From the NCBI GenBank assembly GCA_048213135.1, contig PS015167.1, positions 80,930-132,118 of the forward strand: a DNA stretch of 51,189 nt. The letters are read 5' to 3'. Within the stretch, counting starts at the first letter, position 1, and each line of letters begins with the position of its first letter. The position numbers were made by a program, and so were the translations under genes. Under the pieces are notes generated by a model, which was given only the letters and a program-made list of their open reading frames with translations, made no database searches and was not told the origin of the DNA. The DNA comes from Reclinomonas americana ATCC 50394 (lineage: Eukaryota). Below, in pieces: positions 48,854-51,189 of the stretch.

Positions 48854-51189
48854 ATGAGTGCCTCCAACAACAAAATGGTCGCACTCATCACCCTCGTGAT
48901 CACCATCCTGATGGTGCTGACGATGCACGCAACACACGCTGATGGAGGTGAGTGGTAGTGCAGGTGCTGGCATGCATGCCACTGCGCAGCAACTTCATAT
49001 TTGTGGGGCCCTATTTGTGTTGCTCGTTGTGTGCACTTTCTTCTTTCTTCGCCTTGATGCAATGTTGCGCTCTGGCTGTGTGCGCGTGGCGGCACCTCGC
49101 TGCGTTGCGGTGATTGTGGTGTTGCGTCAAAAAGTCGATGGGCACAAACTAATGTGCATGTTGTTGTCTTTGCTGTGTCGCAGCGCTGGACGCGCAAGTC
49201 GTGTTTTTGGCTCCGTCGGACTGTGTTGCATTCACCGGCCCCGGTGGCAAGCTGCAAGTCGTCGATCTCACTGGCACAAGCCTGACCACCATCTACATGG
49301 GCACCACCTTTTCCGTGTACGTCTCCTTCCCTTCGCAAGCTTACTGGAGTTGGTGTTTCTCTTTCTCGCTTCTCTCTCTCTCTCTNNNNNNNNNNNNNNN
49401 NNNNNCCTTCTCTCCCTCCCATCCGCCTTCCCTCCCTTCCCGTCTCTCTCCATCCATTGCCACTTTCTTACCCTCCCTTCCCTCCCTTCCCTTCCCTTCC
49501 CTTTCCTATTCCCTTCACTCCCATCCGCCTTCCCCTCGCTTCCCTGTCCTCCCGTCCCTCCCATCCGCCTTCCCCTCGCTTCCCTGTCCTCCCGTCCCTC
49601 ATTCCTCCGGTCCCTCTTTCCCAACAGTACCAAGTCTCCGCCGACCGGACGTGTGTCACCCCTACCGCTGTGGTCACTGTCAGCAACCCGGTGTACAACG
49701 GCTCAGCATTGGCGTTGACCTTCCAGGTGGCCAGCTCTTCTTCGGCGACCTTCTACCTGTGCAGCACCGATACAACGACCGACGGTGGCCAGTAGTTTCG
49801 TCGAGTTGCTGAGTCTTGTTTCACCTTCCATACGCTCTCACGCTGTCTTCGTTGGTTGTGCAGCTCGTGGACTGGCTCCGTTATTCTTGTGGATGGGCCG
49901 TGCATCGCAGCCGGCGTGCTGTCCAACAGATTCCCGCTCGCGCTGACGCCTGGCACGTGCTACTCGGACACCCAAGCCATCTCTGTCAAAGGAAGCGGTT
50001 TCCCGGATCCCTCACTTCCGGCAAACATCGCCAAGCGCTATGCCATCTTTGACGAAGACACGTGCACGACACAGCGATCCGGCTACACGGTTGCGGCTTC
50101 GTTGCGTCCACGGCCTCTTGCGAACGAGAAGTGCATTGCCGTGTCTCACCGTCTCTCTTTGTATCAGTGCCTCTGGTGCAGTGTGGAGTGCCACAAATCA
50201 GCGGCTGTTGATCACACTTACGTCGGCAGTGAGCACCAATACTGCTCTCGGCTACGTGGTACGTATGGGTGTCAAGCGCCCAGCCATCGTGTGTGACGTT
50301 CTGTTCGGTTGACCATGTGTGGCTGTGTGCAGTGCTTCAAGAGTGCTGACAACGGTACGAACTGGATGTTCACTGGCGCGTCGATTGTGGTGGACGGAGC
50401 GTGTGTCAATCGACCCAAATCGATCTTGCTGACGGATCCTGCGTGTCCGGCGGCCACATTGACTCGCACGTTCACTCTTGTTGGTGCTGATTTGTCGACA
50501 TCTAGCACAGTTGCGGCAAATGACGTGTGAGATGGGTTGCGTCGACGCTATGCCTGGCACGGACTCACTGCCTATGTCACATGTGCAGTACCGTGTGTTC
50601 ACGGATTTGGCCTGCTCGTCCGCTGCCAGTGCGCCGGTCACGACGGCATCGCCCACGTCGGTCACTGGCACAACTAGCATGTCACTTGTATTGGCATCAG
50701 CTACGCTGGTTGCCGACGCCGATCTGTATTTGTGCTCGTCGACTGCAACGGACAACGGCAGCTACGCTTGGTCTGGTGCGGTCATCCGCAATGACGGATC
50801 GTGCATCTTGAAAACGACGTTCTCCAACAACCCGAAGATCCTGCTCACGTCTGGTGCTTGTTTTGTCCGACAGTTGCGTACCGCTTGTCCATTCATTCAT
50901 TCGCTCTGTGTCTCGCACCGGCGCATGGCACTCACGCCATCGTTCTCTGTATCGCAGACGCACGGTGGCAGTCGTGGGTCAGACACTTCCGGATCCGGCC
51001 ATCCTGTCGGTGGCTGTTGTCGGCTCGAGTTTCAAGACTGTGGCAGCGTATCCGAACCAGGTGTACGCGCTGTCGCCGTCGGCCACGTGCGACACACTGG
51101 ACACGTCGATCTCCGTGTCGCGACTGTCTGTCGGCAGCGCGCTGATGGAGACGCTCAGCTTCAACACTGTCAGTCGCCTGACATCGTCA
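48854..51189 (+). CDS. Tandem paralog B of the secreted repeat protein (runs off the window end)
   Basis: Signal peptide MSASNNKMVALITLVITILMVLTMHATHADG; 49628-51189 is near-identical, exon by exon, to 41758-43330. Confidence 0.8.

Overview
Intron-rich, gene-dense nuclear DNA of a unicellular eukaryote, most likely a non-opisthokont flagellate (it carries an SF-assemblin-like gene). It is a draft scaffold with many N gaps, 454-like artefacts, and three short contigs that appear to be placed in the wrong orientation. TAA, TAG and TGA all act as stops, so the code is standard. Genes reconstructed by hand-splicing: a large EF-hand-like protein, a kinesin-14, glycine cleavage T protein, an ankyrin protein, a myristoylation-motif EF-hand protein, a RING/TRAF-zinc-finger protein, an Alba/Rpp25-like RGG protein, three tandem WD40 genes with highly conserved repeats, an armadillo-like protein, a motorless protein with two dynein stalk/microtubule-binding modules plus CAP-Gly, SF-assemblin, two CX5R phosphatases, and two tandem secreted repeat proteins (the complete one ends in H-type-lectin-like domains). 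There is also a probable non-LTR retrotransposon endonuclease relic. Strongest leads: (1) a frequent second class of 5' splice site, GTTGCG(T)/GTTGAGT, in which the usual GCGT/GAGT motif is displaced by 1 nt, and occasionally by 2-4 nt; (2) the tandem dynein-MTBD + CAP-Gly protein; (3) the hypervariable WD40 array with a conserved unknown C-terminal tail. All domain calls come from motif recognition by eye, not from database searches.
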